64,000 nucleotides of DNA from Pseudomonadota bacterium (GTDB lineage: Bacteria > Pseudomonadota > Alphaproteobacteria > Acetobacterales > Acetobacteraceae): contig JAJZGI010000004.1 of NCBI GenBank assembly GCA_021798575.1, positions 845 through 64,844 on the forward strand, written 5' to 3'. Positions 38,769 through 47,869 of this stretch are shown one piece after another; position 1 is the first letter of the stretch, and every line of letters starts with the position of its first letter. A program made the translations under genes and the position numbers. Under the pieces are notes generated by a model. That model was not told the origin of the DNA. It made no database searches and saw only the letters and a list, made by a program, of their open reading frames with translations.

Positions 38769-39157
38769 CCCCGCTTTATGCCTCCCGCGCCAGCGCGGAT
38801 GAGGCAACCGAGCGGCTGCGGGTGTATGCGCAGCCGCAGCGACTGATGATTCTCTCCCGCCTGCTGGAGGGCGAACAGACCGTCAGCCAGATTGAATTGG
38901 CGACGGGCATTACGCAACCGGCGCTCAGCCAGCAGCTCGCCGAACTGCGCCGCGCCGAGATCGTGACGACCCGCCGCGCCTCGAAGCAGATATATTACAG
39001 CCTGGCAAGCGAAAATGTGCGCCTGTGTGTGCGCAGCATCGAGGCGATATTCGGCAGCGGCAAGACCAATGTGACGGCGCCGGATTCACCCAAGCCACAG
39101 AGCAAGACCCAGGCCGACAAACCAGCCGGAGCCGCCGCGTTTGCCAGGATGGAATGA
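38765..39157 (+). CDS. ArsR/SmtB family HTH regulator (YgaV/SoxR-like by eye), single cysteine
   Basis: LRVYAQPQRLMILSRLLEGEQTVSQIELATGITQPALSQQLAELRRAEIV winged-helix core. ATGA overlap with the prx stop. Confidence 0.85.
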   Translation: MTPLYASRASADEATERLRVYAQPQRLMILSRLLEGEQTVSQIELATGITQPALSQQLAELRRAEIVTTRRASKQIYYSLASENVRLCVRSIEAIFGSGKTNVTAPDSPKPQSKTQADKPAGAAAFARME

Positions 39158-39433
39158 GGCCTGGGCGAGCATACATTGTGGCCGCATCGTTATCAATTTC
39201 TGACTGATCAGCGGCTTCGCGCCAGCGCGAACAGCGACCCAAAATAATCGTTGAATTTCACCTCAAAGGTATATATTTTTCTTCATAGTAACTATATAGG
39301 AGGTGAATCAGTCTGTCTACCCCCGGGTCAGTCACGCGCGTTGCGTCGTCGCCTCGGTTGGAATTTATGAGAATATGCCGTTCGCGCCTGTGCCCAGCTC
39401 AACGAGTTTTGAAAAACCAAAAAATAAAAAGGG

Positions 39434-41170
39434 ATGAATAGAATGAGTGAGATTACGACGGGGGGTTTTGTTGGTGCCACCGGGGGTGAGCCCGGGCTCA
39501 AAAGATCGATAGATTGGAAGGGCGCTTTTTGGGTCGCGAGCGGCGTTCCGGCGCTGGTGCTGTTCTCCATCGGGGGCATCTCATCCTCGGTTGGAAATCT
39601 CGCCTTTCTGGTATGGACCGCATCCATGCTCATGGGGTTTGTGCAGTCTTTTACCTACGCTGAGATCGCCGGGCTCTTCCCCAACAAATCCGGCGGCGCG
39701 TCGATCTATGGCGCCGCGGCATGGATCCGCTACAGCAAATTCATCGCCCCCTTGTCCGTCTGGTGCAACTGGTTCGCATGGTCGCCGGTGCTCTCGCTGG
39801 GCTGCACCATCGCCGCGGGCTATATATTGAACTCGCTCGCCCCCATACCCACGGCCAACTCACCCGCGGTACTGCAATGGATCGCCCAGCACGGCGCGAG
39901 CATTACAGGCGGCCAGGCGGCGCAGGTCACTGCGGCGATCGCGGCGCTCACGCCCAGCTTACAAAACTGGACCTTGTTCAGCGGTACACTCGGTGCGGTC
40001 GGCTTCTCTTTTAATGCCACCTTCTTCATCGGCGCGATCATCATGCTGATAACCTTTGCAATTCAGCATCGTGGTATTCTTGGCACGGCGAACGTGCAGA
40101 AATATATCGGCCTGCTCGTCATTGTCCCGATGCTGATCGTCGGCGTTATCCCGCTCCTGAACGGCGCGGTGCATTACAACACCAGCTACTGGCCCCTGGT
40201 TCCGCTCGCAACAGCAGGTTCTCCAGCGTTGGGCACGTGGAATCTCTCCGGGTGGACAACGGTTCTGGGCGCGATGTTCATCGCCGCCTGGTCGACCTAT
40301 GGGTTCGAGACGGCCGTCTGCTACACCAGTGAGTTCAGGAACCCGGCGACGGACACATTCAAGGCGATCTTCTATTCCGGGTTGCTGTGTCTGCTCCTGT
40401 TCATTCTGGTGCCCTTCACGTTCCAGGGGGCGCTTGGCCTGACAGGGATGCTGGATCCCTCGATCTCTGCTGGCACGGGCGTTGCATCGGCGATGGCGGA
40501 TATGGTGGGCGGCGGTGCCCTGATCCATTCCATCATGGTTATGCTGATGATCCTCGCATTGATTCTCTCAATCATGACGGCGATGGCCGGCTCTTCCAGG
40601 ACCCTCTACCAGGGCTCCGTCGATGGATGGCTCCCGAAATATCTCTCGCATGTCAACAGCCATGGCGCGCCGACGCGGGCGATGTGGACGGACCTATGCG
40701 CGAACATGATCGTCATGGCTATCGCTTCAACTGATGCGACGAGCTTTTTCTTTATCCTCGCTGTTTCAAACTGCGGCTATATCATCTTCAACTTCCTCAA
40801 CCTCAACGCAGGTTGGATTCATCGGATCGATTCAGGTCGAACCAACCGGCCATACCGCGCGCCGACCTGGCTGCTCGGCATGGGAAGCATCTTCGCATTC
40901 GTGAACGCGCTGTTCATGGGTGCCGGAGCAAAAACCTGGAATCCGGACGCGCTCTGGGCGGGGTTGATTTTTGCCTCACTGATCATTCCGGTTTTCTGTT
41001 TCCGGCATTACATTCAGGACGGTGGAAAATTCCCAGAAGATATGCTGGCTGATCTGCATGTCGGCGGATCCGGTGATGTCGCGACGAAACGCGCCGGCAT
41101 CCTGCCCTATCTCGCACTGGCCGGCGGTATCGCTGTCGTTTTGATCTCAAATTGGTTTTTCAAGCTCTAA
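39434..41170 (+). CDS. APC-superfamily permease (large, about 575 aa)
   Basis: Polytopic, with more than 12 hydrophobic segments. The alternative ATG at 39443 has better spacing from the AAAGGG ribosome-binding site. Confidence 0.8.
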   Translation: MNRMSEITTGGFVGATGGEPGLKRSIDWKGAFWVASGVPALVLFSIGGISSSVGNLAFLVWTASMLMGFVQSFTYAEIAGLFPNKSGGASIYGAAAWIRYSKFIAPLSVWCNWFAWSPVLSLGCTIAAGYILNSLAPIPTANSPAVLQWIAQHGASITGGQAAQVTAAIAALTPSLQNWTLFSGTLGAVGFSFNATFFIGAIIMLITFAIQHRGILGTANVQKYIGLLVIVPMLIVGVIPLLNGAVHYNTSYWPLVPLATAGSPALGTWNLSGWTTVLGAMFIAAWSTYGFETAVCYTSEFRNPATDTFKAIFYSGLLCLLLFILVPFTFQGALGLTGMLDPSISAGTGVASAMADMVGGGALIHSIMVMLMILALILSIMTAMAGSSRTLYQGSVDGWLPKYLSHVNSHGAPTRAMWTDLCANMIVMAIASTDATSFFFILAVSNCGYIIFNFLNLNAGWIHRIDSGRTNRPYRAPTWLLGMGSIFAFVNALFMGAGAKTWNPDALWAGLIFASLIIPVFCFRHYIQDGGKFPEDMLADLHVGGSGDVATKRAGILPYLALAGGIAVVLISNWFFKL

Positions 41171-41185
41171 CAATAAGGTAGAAAC

Positions 41186-42319
41186 ATGACAAACTCGTGG
41201 CGCTTTCCCGTTCTTGCTCAACGCCATCTGGCACTGGGCTCGAAACTTGAAGACTGGAACGGGATGCCCACGGCCTGGACCTACAACACGCCAATCTCGG
41301 CTGATCATCGCGCCATCCGCACACGCGCCGGGTTGATGGACGTATCCGGCCTTAAAAAATATCATCTGGTCGGCCCGCACGCGACCGCCGTGCTCGACCA
41401 TCTGACGACGCGCAATGTCTCGAAGATATTGCCGGGTCGTTCCGCCTACGCCTGTTTTTTGAACGATGCGGGTAAATTCATCGACGACGGAATTCTATAC
41501 CGAACCGGGCCCAACTCCTGGTTTGTCGTGCATGGCAGCGGCGCCGGGCACGCAGCACTCAGCAGCGCCGTCGCCGGGCGCAATGTCGCGATGGTTTTTG
41601 ATGACGACTTGCAGGACCTCTCGTTGCAAGGCCCGTTGTCGGTCGACTATCTCGAAAAGCACGTGCCCGGTATCCGCGATCTCAAATATTTTCATCACAT
41701 GCAGACGACATTATTTGGCAAACCGGTAATGATCTCCCGCACGGGCTATACGGGTGAACGCGGATACGAGATTTTTTGCAGATCGGAGGACGCTGGGCTG
41801 ATCTGGGATAGAATATTGGGTGAGGGTGCGGCCATGGGGATTGTCCCGTGCGCCTTCACCGCGCTCGACTTCCTGCGCGTCGAGAGCTATCTGTTATTTT
41901 TTCCCTATGACAATTCGGAATTATATCCATTTGCCGATGAGCCGCCCGGGGATACGTTATGGGAGCTCGGGCTGGACTTTACCGTAAGCCCGGGCAAAAC
42001 CGGGTTCCGGGGCGCTGAGGAGCACTACCGGCTGAAAGGCAAGGAGCGATTCAAGATCTTTGGCGTTCTGTTGGAAGGGGATAAAGCCGCCGACGCCGGG
42101 GATGAGATTTTTGCAGACGGCAAAAAGATCGGCGTTGTCACCTGCGCGATGTTCTCCGAACTCACCCGCAAATCGATGGCGATCGCCCGGCTGGATGTTG
42201 GCTATGCGCAGCATGGCACCGCGCTCTCCGTCGCGTGCAAATCCCGCACGATAAGCGGGATCGCGCATACATTGCCATTCGACGACCCCAAAAAAACCAA
42301 ACGCGCGGCGGTCGGATAG
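41186..42319 (+). CDS. Aminomethyltransferase (GcvT) family protein, stand-alone
   Basis: HRAIRTRAGLMDVSGLKKYHLVGP and RTGYTGERGYEIF motifs of the GcvT fold. Begins 15 nt after the permease gene. Confidence 0.85.
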   Translation: MTNSWRFPVLAQRHLALGSKLEDWNGMPTAWTYNTPISADHRAIRTRAGLMDVSGLKKYHLVGPHATAVLDHLTTRNVSKILPGRSAYACFLNDAGKFIDDGILYRTGPNSWFVVHGSGAGHAALSSAVAGRNVAMVFDDDLQDLSLQGPLSVDYLEKHVPGIRDLKYFHHMQTTLFGKPVMISRTGYTGERGYEIFCRSEDAGLIWDRILGEGAAMGIVPCAFTALDFLRVESYLLFFPYDNSELYPFADEPPGDTLWELGLDFTVSPGKTGFRGAEEHYRLKGKERFKIFGVLLEGDKAADAGDEIFADGKKIGVVTCAMFSELTRKSMAIARLDVGYAQHGTALSVACKSRTISGIAHTLPFDDPKKTKRAAVG

Positions 42320-42440
42320 GCTCTCGACACCGCGCGTATGCCTGCGGTTTAATGAATCCCTTAATCCGCCGCCCTCAAAATCACCATCGGCCCGCTTATC
42401 TGAATGACTGCACCAGCAGCTAGACAGAAAGGCCTCACCG

Positions 42441-43409
42441 ATGGAAGAACATGGCGTTAAAGCTCGCCAGCGCGCGGTGCGGGAGTACGTGACCACGGCA
42501 GAAAAGGCGAGACCGCCCCTTGAGATGAAGGGTGCGATGCAGGCCGGGGCGCGAAAATATCCTGAACCACCCTTCCCGGCCGACCAGCCGGATGAGCCGG
42601 GTATCGAGGCCGGGCTATCGTTAGCGCCCATGTACGACGCGCCGTTCTGGCGCGGCTCCGGCAAGCTGGAAGGAAAAATCGCCATCATCACCGGCGGGGA
42701 TTCCGGCATCGGCCGCGCCGTCGCGGTGCTGTTCGCGCGGGAGGGTGCGGACGTCGCCATTATTCACCTGGAAGATGAGCAGGAGGATGCGGCGCTTGTC
42801 GTGGAGGCGATCAAAAAAGAGGGTCGACGCGGCATGGCGGTTGTCGCCGATGTCACGGTACGCGAGTCCTGTTTTGCCGCCGTGGAAAAGGTGCTGAAGG
42901 AATTCGGCGCTCTCGATATTCTTGTGAATAATGCGGCGTTCCAGATGCATGTGGCCCGGTTCGAGGATCTGACGGAGGAGCATTTCGACCTGACGGTGAA
43001 AACCAACCTCTATGGTTATTTTCATATGGCGCAGGCCTGTGTACCGCACATGAAAAACGGTTCGGCGATCGTCAATACCGGCTCTGTCACCGGGTTGCTC
43101 GGCAATTCCACGATCATCGACTACACGATGACCAAGGGCGGCGTCCACAGCCTCACGAGGGCGCTCTCCGGCAGCCTGGCGCCACGGGGGATCAGGGTTA
43201 ACGCCGTGGCCCCCGGCCCGGTGTGGACACCGCTGAACCCGAGCGACAACCCGAAGAAGATGGAGAGTTTCGGTTCCAACACGCGGATGAAGCGGCCTGC
43301 CCAACCGGAGGAGTGTGCGCCAGCGTATTTGTTTCTGGCGTCGGCCCAGATGTCGAGTTTCATCACCGGGGAGATCCTTCCCGTAATCGGTGGCTACACG
43401 GACAGATAA
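42441..43409 (+). CDS. SDR family oxidoreductase (YghA-like)
   Basis: ITGGDSGIGRA cofactor motif and NAAFQ/YTMTKGG catalytic region. The alternative start MKGAMQ (42525) would give a 294-aa product. Confidence 0.88.
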   Translation: MEEHGVKARQRAVREYVTTAEKARPPLEMKGAMQAGARKYPEPPFPADQPDEPGIEAGLSLAPMYDAPFWRGSGKLEGKIAIITGGDSGIGRAVAVLFAREGADVAIIHLEDEQEDAALVVEAIKKEGRRGMAVVADVTVRESCFAAVEKVLKEFGALDILVNNAAFQMHVARFEDLTEEHFDLTVKTNLYGYFHMAQACVPHMKNGSAIVNTGSVTGLLGNSTIIDYTMTKGGVHSLTRALSGSLAPRGIRVNAVAPGPVWTPLNPSDNPKKMESFGSNTRMKRPAQPEECAPAYLFLASAQMSSFITGEILPVIGGYTDR

Positions 43410-43435
43410 ATTTCATATCGCAAACGGAGAGTACC

Positions 43436-44002
43436 ATGATAGATATCAAACACAAAAAAATTGCCGTACTGGCAACCGATGGTTTCGAGCAGCTCGAGCT
43501 GACCGAGCCGGTGAAGGCGCTGCGCGAGGCGGGTGCTGAGGTCTCCGTCATCTCGTTGAAAGCAGGCGAGATCCAAGGCATGAACCATGACAAAAAAGGC
43601 GACATGACAAAGGTTGACCTCGAGCTCTCCAAGGCAAAACCTGAGCATTTCGACGCACTCGTGCTGCCTGGCGGCGTTGCAAACCCGGATACGTTACGAA
43701 CCCACCCAGAAGTGATTTCGTTCATCGATCATTTTGTCAAGGCGCATAAGCCGATCGGCGCCATCTGCCATGGTCCCTGGACGTTGATCGAGGCGGACGC
43801 GGTGCGCGGTAAAAAAATGACCTCATGGCCGTCTTTGAAGACTGATTTGAAAAATGCCGGGGCTGAGTGGGTTGACCAGTCGGTCGTCGTGGATGGCAAC
43901 TTTGTCACCTCGCGCAAGCCGGAGGATTTGAAGGATTTTAATCGCGAGTTGCTGGCGATGATCAGCAAGACCGGTGCCGAGCCCATGAGCAAAGCCTCCT
44001 AA
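43436..44002 (+). CDS. DJ-1/PfpI family protein
   Basis: Nucleophile elbow IGAICHGPW. Start placed at MIDIKHKKIAVL after a GGAGAG ribosome-binding site; the longer ORF from 43223 is rejected. Confidence 0.88.
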   Translation: MIDIKHKKIAVLATDGFEQLELTEPVKALREAGAEVSVISLKAGEIQGMNHDKKGDMTKVDLELSKAKPEHFDALVLPGGVANPDTLRTHPEVISFIDHFVKAHKPIGAICHGPWTLIEADAVRGKKMTSWPSLKTDLKNAGAEWVDQSVVVDGNFVTSRKPEDLKDFNRELLAMISKTGAEPMSKAS

Positions 44003-44023
44003 CACCCGAAAGGCGCTCTACCG

Positions 44024-46309
44024 ATGGATGACGAGACCGAGCTTCCGCACGCATCCGGCCCGTCGGGCGGTTGGGGCTCCATGCGAGGGATGACGCAGAT
44101 TTTTGGCGAAGCGTGGCCAACCCCTGCGGTGATCAAAAGCCTGGGGCGGCAAAACAAGACCAAGGGCGTCATGTGTGCCTCCTGCGCATGGCCCAAACCG
44201 CCGAGCCACTTGCCCTTTCAGTTCTGCGAGAACGGCGCGAAGGCGACCATGTGGGAGCTGACCTCCGCGCGCTGCAAGCCGGAATTCTGGAATGACGATG
44301 CGCACAGCGTCACCGCGCTGCGGCAGTGGGCGGACCATGATCTGGAGATGACGGGCCGCCTCACGCATCCGCTGCGGTATAATGAAGCGACCGACCGCTA
44401 TGAGGTGGTGTCTTGGGATGAGGCATTCGCCGCTATCGGTGCCGTGTTGAACACATTGCCGAAGGAGAGCGTGGTCTTCTACTCCTCCGGCCATGCGGCG
44501 CTTGAAGCGTCGTATCTTTATGCGTTATTGGCGCGCGCATTCGGCAATAACAACCTGCCGCAGAGCTCCAACATGTGCCACGAAACGACCTCTATCGGGT
44601 TGACCAAGGTCATCGGTTCGCCGGTCGGCACGGTCGTCTGGGATGATCTCGCCAAAACCGACGCCTATTTTTTCTTCGGCCAGAATCCAGGCACCAATAG
44701 CCCGCGCTTTCTCCACCCGCTCAAAGAGCTCAAGGACCGCGGCGGGAAGATCGTCAATTTCAATCCGGTCATCGAGCAGGGGCTCGTCTCCTTCACGGAT
44801 CCGCAGAGCCCGACCGCCATGCTGACCGGAAAGGAGACGATCATCTCCGACCAATATCATCAGTTGAAGGCCGGCGGGGATGTCGCCGCCATCTTCGGCC
44901 TATGCAAATATGTGGTCGAGGCCGACGACCAGGCGCACGCGAACGGCGCCGCCGAGGTCATCGACCATGCCTTCATCGCCCAGCATACCACCGGTTTCGA
45001 TGAGTTCATCCAATCCTGCAGGAACACAGGCTGGGCCGAAATCGAGCAGGAGAGCGGGCTCACCGAGGCGGCGCTGCGCGACGCGGGAGCCGTCTATGTC
45101 GCGTCCGAGAGGGTCATCGCCGTCTACGGCATGGGGCTGACACAGCACACACACGGCACGCTGAATATCGCGATGCTCGTGAACCTGCTGCTCCTGCGGG
45201 GCAATATCGGCAAGCCTGGCGCGGGGTGCTGCCCCGTGCGCGGCCACAGCAATGTGCAGGGCCAGAGAACCGTCGGGATCGCCGAGAAGACCAAGCTGGT
45301 GCCGCTGGATAAATTGAAGGAATTGTTCGGCTTTGACCCTCCGACCGAAGACGGCATGAATATCGTCGAGGCGTTCGAGGGGCTGTTTGCCGGCAAGGTC
45401 AAGGCGTTCATCTCACTGGGCGGTAATCTGGTGCGCGCCGTACCAGACCAGCGCCGGGCGGAGCAGGCCTGGGCCGCGCAGGACCTCACCGTCATGATCT
45501 CCACCAAGCTCAACCGCAGCCATCTGTTCCCCGCCAAGCAGGCATATGTCCTGCCCTGCCTCGGCCGTTTTGAGAGCGACGAACAGGCGACCGGCAACCA
45601 GACCGTGACCACCGAGGATAGTTTCTCGATGATCAACGGCTCGATCGGCCACCGCGATCCGCCGTCCGACATGGTGAAGAGCGAACTGGCGATCGTCGCT
45701 TGTATCGCCAAAGCGACACTGGCACCCAATGAAAAACTGAAATGGGACGAATGGACGGACGATTATTCGCTCGTCCGCAACCTCATCGAGCATACCTATC
45801 CCGATGACTTCCGTGACTATAACGGGCGCATGTACACGCCCGGCGGATTTTATCGCGGCAATGATGCGCATGAGCGGATCTGGAAGACGCCCGAGGGCAA
45901 AGCGCTCTTCACCACTCCGGGTCAGCTCAATTCTCTCGGGTTCAAGGATGCGCCTGGTCGTTTCCGCCTCATCACGATGCGTTCAAACGACCAGTTCAAC
46001 ACCACGATCTACGGCTATTCAGACCGGCTACGCGGGCTGGAGAGCTCGCGGGATATTCTCCTGATGTGCCCTGAGGATATCGCCGACGCGGGCTTCAGTG
46101 CGGGCCAGAAAGTTACATTGATCACGGATATCGCGGATGGTCATGACCGTCGCCTCGGCGGGCTCACGCTCACAGCCTATAAACTGCCACGCGGGACCAT
46201 CGGCGGCTACTATCCGGAGTGCAACGTGCTGGTGCCCATCACCCACCATGACGAAATGTCCAAAACGCCGGCGTCAAAATCTGTCCCCGTGCGCGTGATG
46301 GCGGGCTGA
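44024..46309 (+). CDS. FdhF/YdeP family molybdopterin oxidoreductase
   Basis: 761 aa with an N-terminal CASCAWPKP Cys cluster and a molybdopterin-binding architecture. Confidence 0.85.
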   Translation: MDDETELPHASGPSGGWGSMRGMTQIFGEAWPTPAVIKSLGRQNKTKGVMCASCAWPKPPSHLPFQFCENGAKATMWELTSARCKPEFWNDDAHSVTALRQWADHDLEMTGRLTHPLRYNEATDRYEVVSWDEAFAAIGAVLNTLPKESVVFYSSGHAALEASYLYALLARAFGNNNLPQSSNMCHETTSIGLTKVIGSPVGTVVWDDLAKTDAYFFFGQNPGTNSPRFLHPLKELKDRGGKIVNFNPVIEQGLVSFTDPQSPTAMLTGKETIISDQYHQLKAGGDVAAIFGLCKYVVEADDQAHANGAAEVIDHAFIAQHTTGFDEFIQSCRNTGWAEIEQESGLTEAALRDAGAVYVASERVIAVYGMGLTQHTHGTLNIAMLVNLLLLRGNIGKPGAGCCPVRGHSNVQGQRTVGIAEKTKLVPLDKLKELFGFDPPTEDGMNIVEAFEGLFAGKVKAFISLGGNLVRAVPDQRRAEQAWAAQDLTVMISTKLNRSHLFPAKQAYVLPCLGRFESDEQATGNQTVTTEDSFSMINGSIGHRDPPSDMVKSELAIVACIAKATLAPNEKLKWDEWTDDYSLVRNLIEHTYPDDFRDYNGRMYTPGGFYRGNDAHERIWKTPEGKALFTTPGQLNSLGFKDAPGRFRLITMRSNDQFNTTIYGYSDRLRGLESSRDILLMCPEDIADAGFSAGQKVTLITDIADGHDRRLGGLTLTAYKLPRGTIGGYYPECNVLVPITHHDEMSKTPASKSVPVRVMAG

Positions 46310-46317
46310 GCCCGTCG

Positions 46318-47469
46318 CTAATTCCCCTCGCTCACGGCGTCGGTTTCAACAGGCTGTCCTTCAATCTCCACGCGCTGCTTGGGTAGCGCGCCAGGATACT
46401 CCGCCTGCATGAACTCGATCATCTTCTCGCGCACGTAGCAGCGCAGATCCCACGCCTCGCCTGAATTACGCGCAGAGACCAGCGCGCGTAACGTGATCGT
46501 GGTGGGGAGCGCGTGCGTCACCTGCAACACCACGACCTTACCGCTCCATAGTTTCGAGGAGTGCACGATCTCGTCGAGCTTTTTACGCAGCGCATCCACC
46601 GGAATGGTGTAGTCGACGCTCCAATGCACGCTGCCGATCAACTCGGAATTCTCCCGTGTCCAGTTCTGGAACGGATTCGCCAGCAGCCACGCCAGCGGCA
46701 CCACCATGCGCTGCCAGTTCCATATTCTCACCACCACATAGGTGGACGTAATCTCCTCGATCCAGCCCCACTGGCCATTGATCACCACCGCGTCCTCCAC
46801 GCGGAACGGCTGGGTGATGGCGATCTGGATGCCGGCGATGAGGTTTGAGAGAACCGGGCGCGCCGCCAACCCCACCACCAGCGCGGCGGCACCGGCGGAG
46901 GCCAGCAGCGACACGCCATACTGCCGCACCGCGGGGAATACCATGAGTGTCGCGGCGATGGTGATGACCACGCTCAAGACACGGCTCACCCGGCGCAGCA
47001 CCTGCCACTGGGTGGCCTGCCGGCGCGCCATCACATTGGCCTGGATATCATCCGGCCGGTGGGAGAGCTTGAGGCTAGTGAAGATGTCGATCGCGACGAT
47101 CGCGCTACAGCCTACAAGCGCGATGAACGCCGCGCTCAGTATATGCAAAAGCACCGTCTTGCCATGATGCCCAACCGGCATCGCCGGAACCACACCGGCG
47201 AACAGAACGACACCGATGACAAAGAATAGAATCGTATTGGTGCGCCTCACCAGCGTGGCGATGAGCGGCCGTTTATCGAGCAGCCGATTGGGTATGATCC
47301 GCACGAGAACGTAATGCAGGACCACCGTCGTGATGATCACCGCGAGGATGAGGGCCAAGCTTATGAGTTGCGGCGGCCATCCGGTCAGCGCCTTGGAAAT
47401 AGTATGCGCCACGTGCGATATCGGGTTGGCCGTACGCAAATGGGAGGCAGTTGATACTGATTGAGCCAT
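46318..47469 (-). CDS. MscS-family mechanosensitive channel
   Basis: N-terminal transmembrane segments followed by the conserved pore/beta-domain region (NLIAGIQIAITQPFRVEDAVVI). Confidence 0.85.
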   Translation of the reverse strand: MAQSVSTASHLRTANPISHVAHTISKALTGWPPQLISLALILAVIITTVVLHYVLVRIIPNRLLDKRPLIATLVRRTNTILFFVIGVVLFAGVVPAMPVGHHGKTVLLHILSAAFIALVGCSAIVAIDIFTSLKLSHRPDDIQANVMARRQATQWQVLRRVSRVLSVVITIAATLMVFPAVRQYGVSLLASAGAAALVVGLAARPVLSNLIAGIQIAITQPFRVEDAVVINGQWGWIEEITSTYVVVRIWNWQRMVVPLAWLLANPFQNWTRENSELIGSVHWSVDYTIPVDALRKKLDEIVHSSKLWSGKVVVLQVTHALPTTITLRALVSARNSGEAWDLRCYVREKMIEFMQAEYPGALPKQRVEIEGQPVETDAVSEGN

Positions 47470-47869
47470 CGCTCCCAGAAGTGAGAGCCCGGCGACGGCG
47501 ATACAAGGCTGATGGTCGATCAGCCCCCCGATTCGCAGCGCAATACAGCATAAAAGCCAGGTGAAGTTTAATTAACTAGCTATCCATTTTTCTTCGCGAT
47601 GCACTGCAAAGCAGAAGCAAGGCGGCCGAAAATCTGGCATGGGTCAATGATTTTTTCTGAATTCAGCTCGACAAATATGTTTTAATAACATAATAAAATA
47701 CTCTGTTTTTTATTGAAAAATAGAATCACTTAAAACTTGCCCGAGCGTTGCAGGCTTGTTTTTGGCCACTCCATGGGCGAAATTCCTGATTTTCTGCTCA
47801 GTGAGATTATGCAAAGATTATCCATATCATGAACAAATTGTCGGGTGCCGACATCCGGAAACAGGGCGC

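Noticed and set aside
38094-38807. 237-aa minus-strand ORF in the prx region
   Set aside because: It is antisense to the peroxiredoxin gene, which has a textbook PVCT motif. Its translation is Arg/Gln/His-rich with no motif.
39158-39433. Glycine or other known riboswitch ahead of the permease/gcvT-like operon
   Set aside because: I could not find the conserved glycine-riboswitch core or any other riboswitch consensus I know by eye. A covariance-model scan would be needed to exclude it formally.
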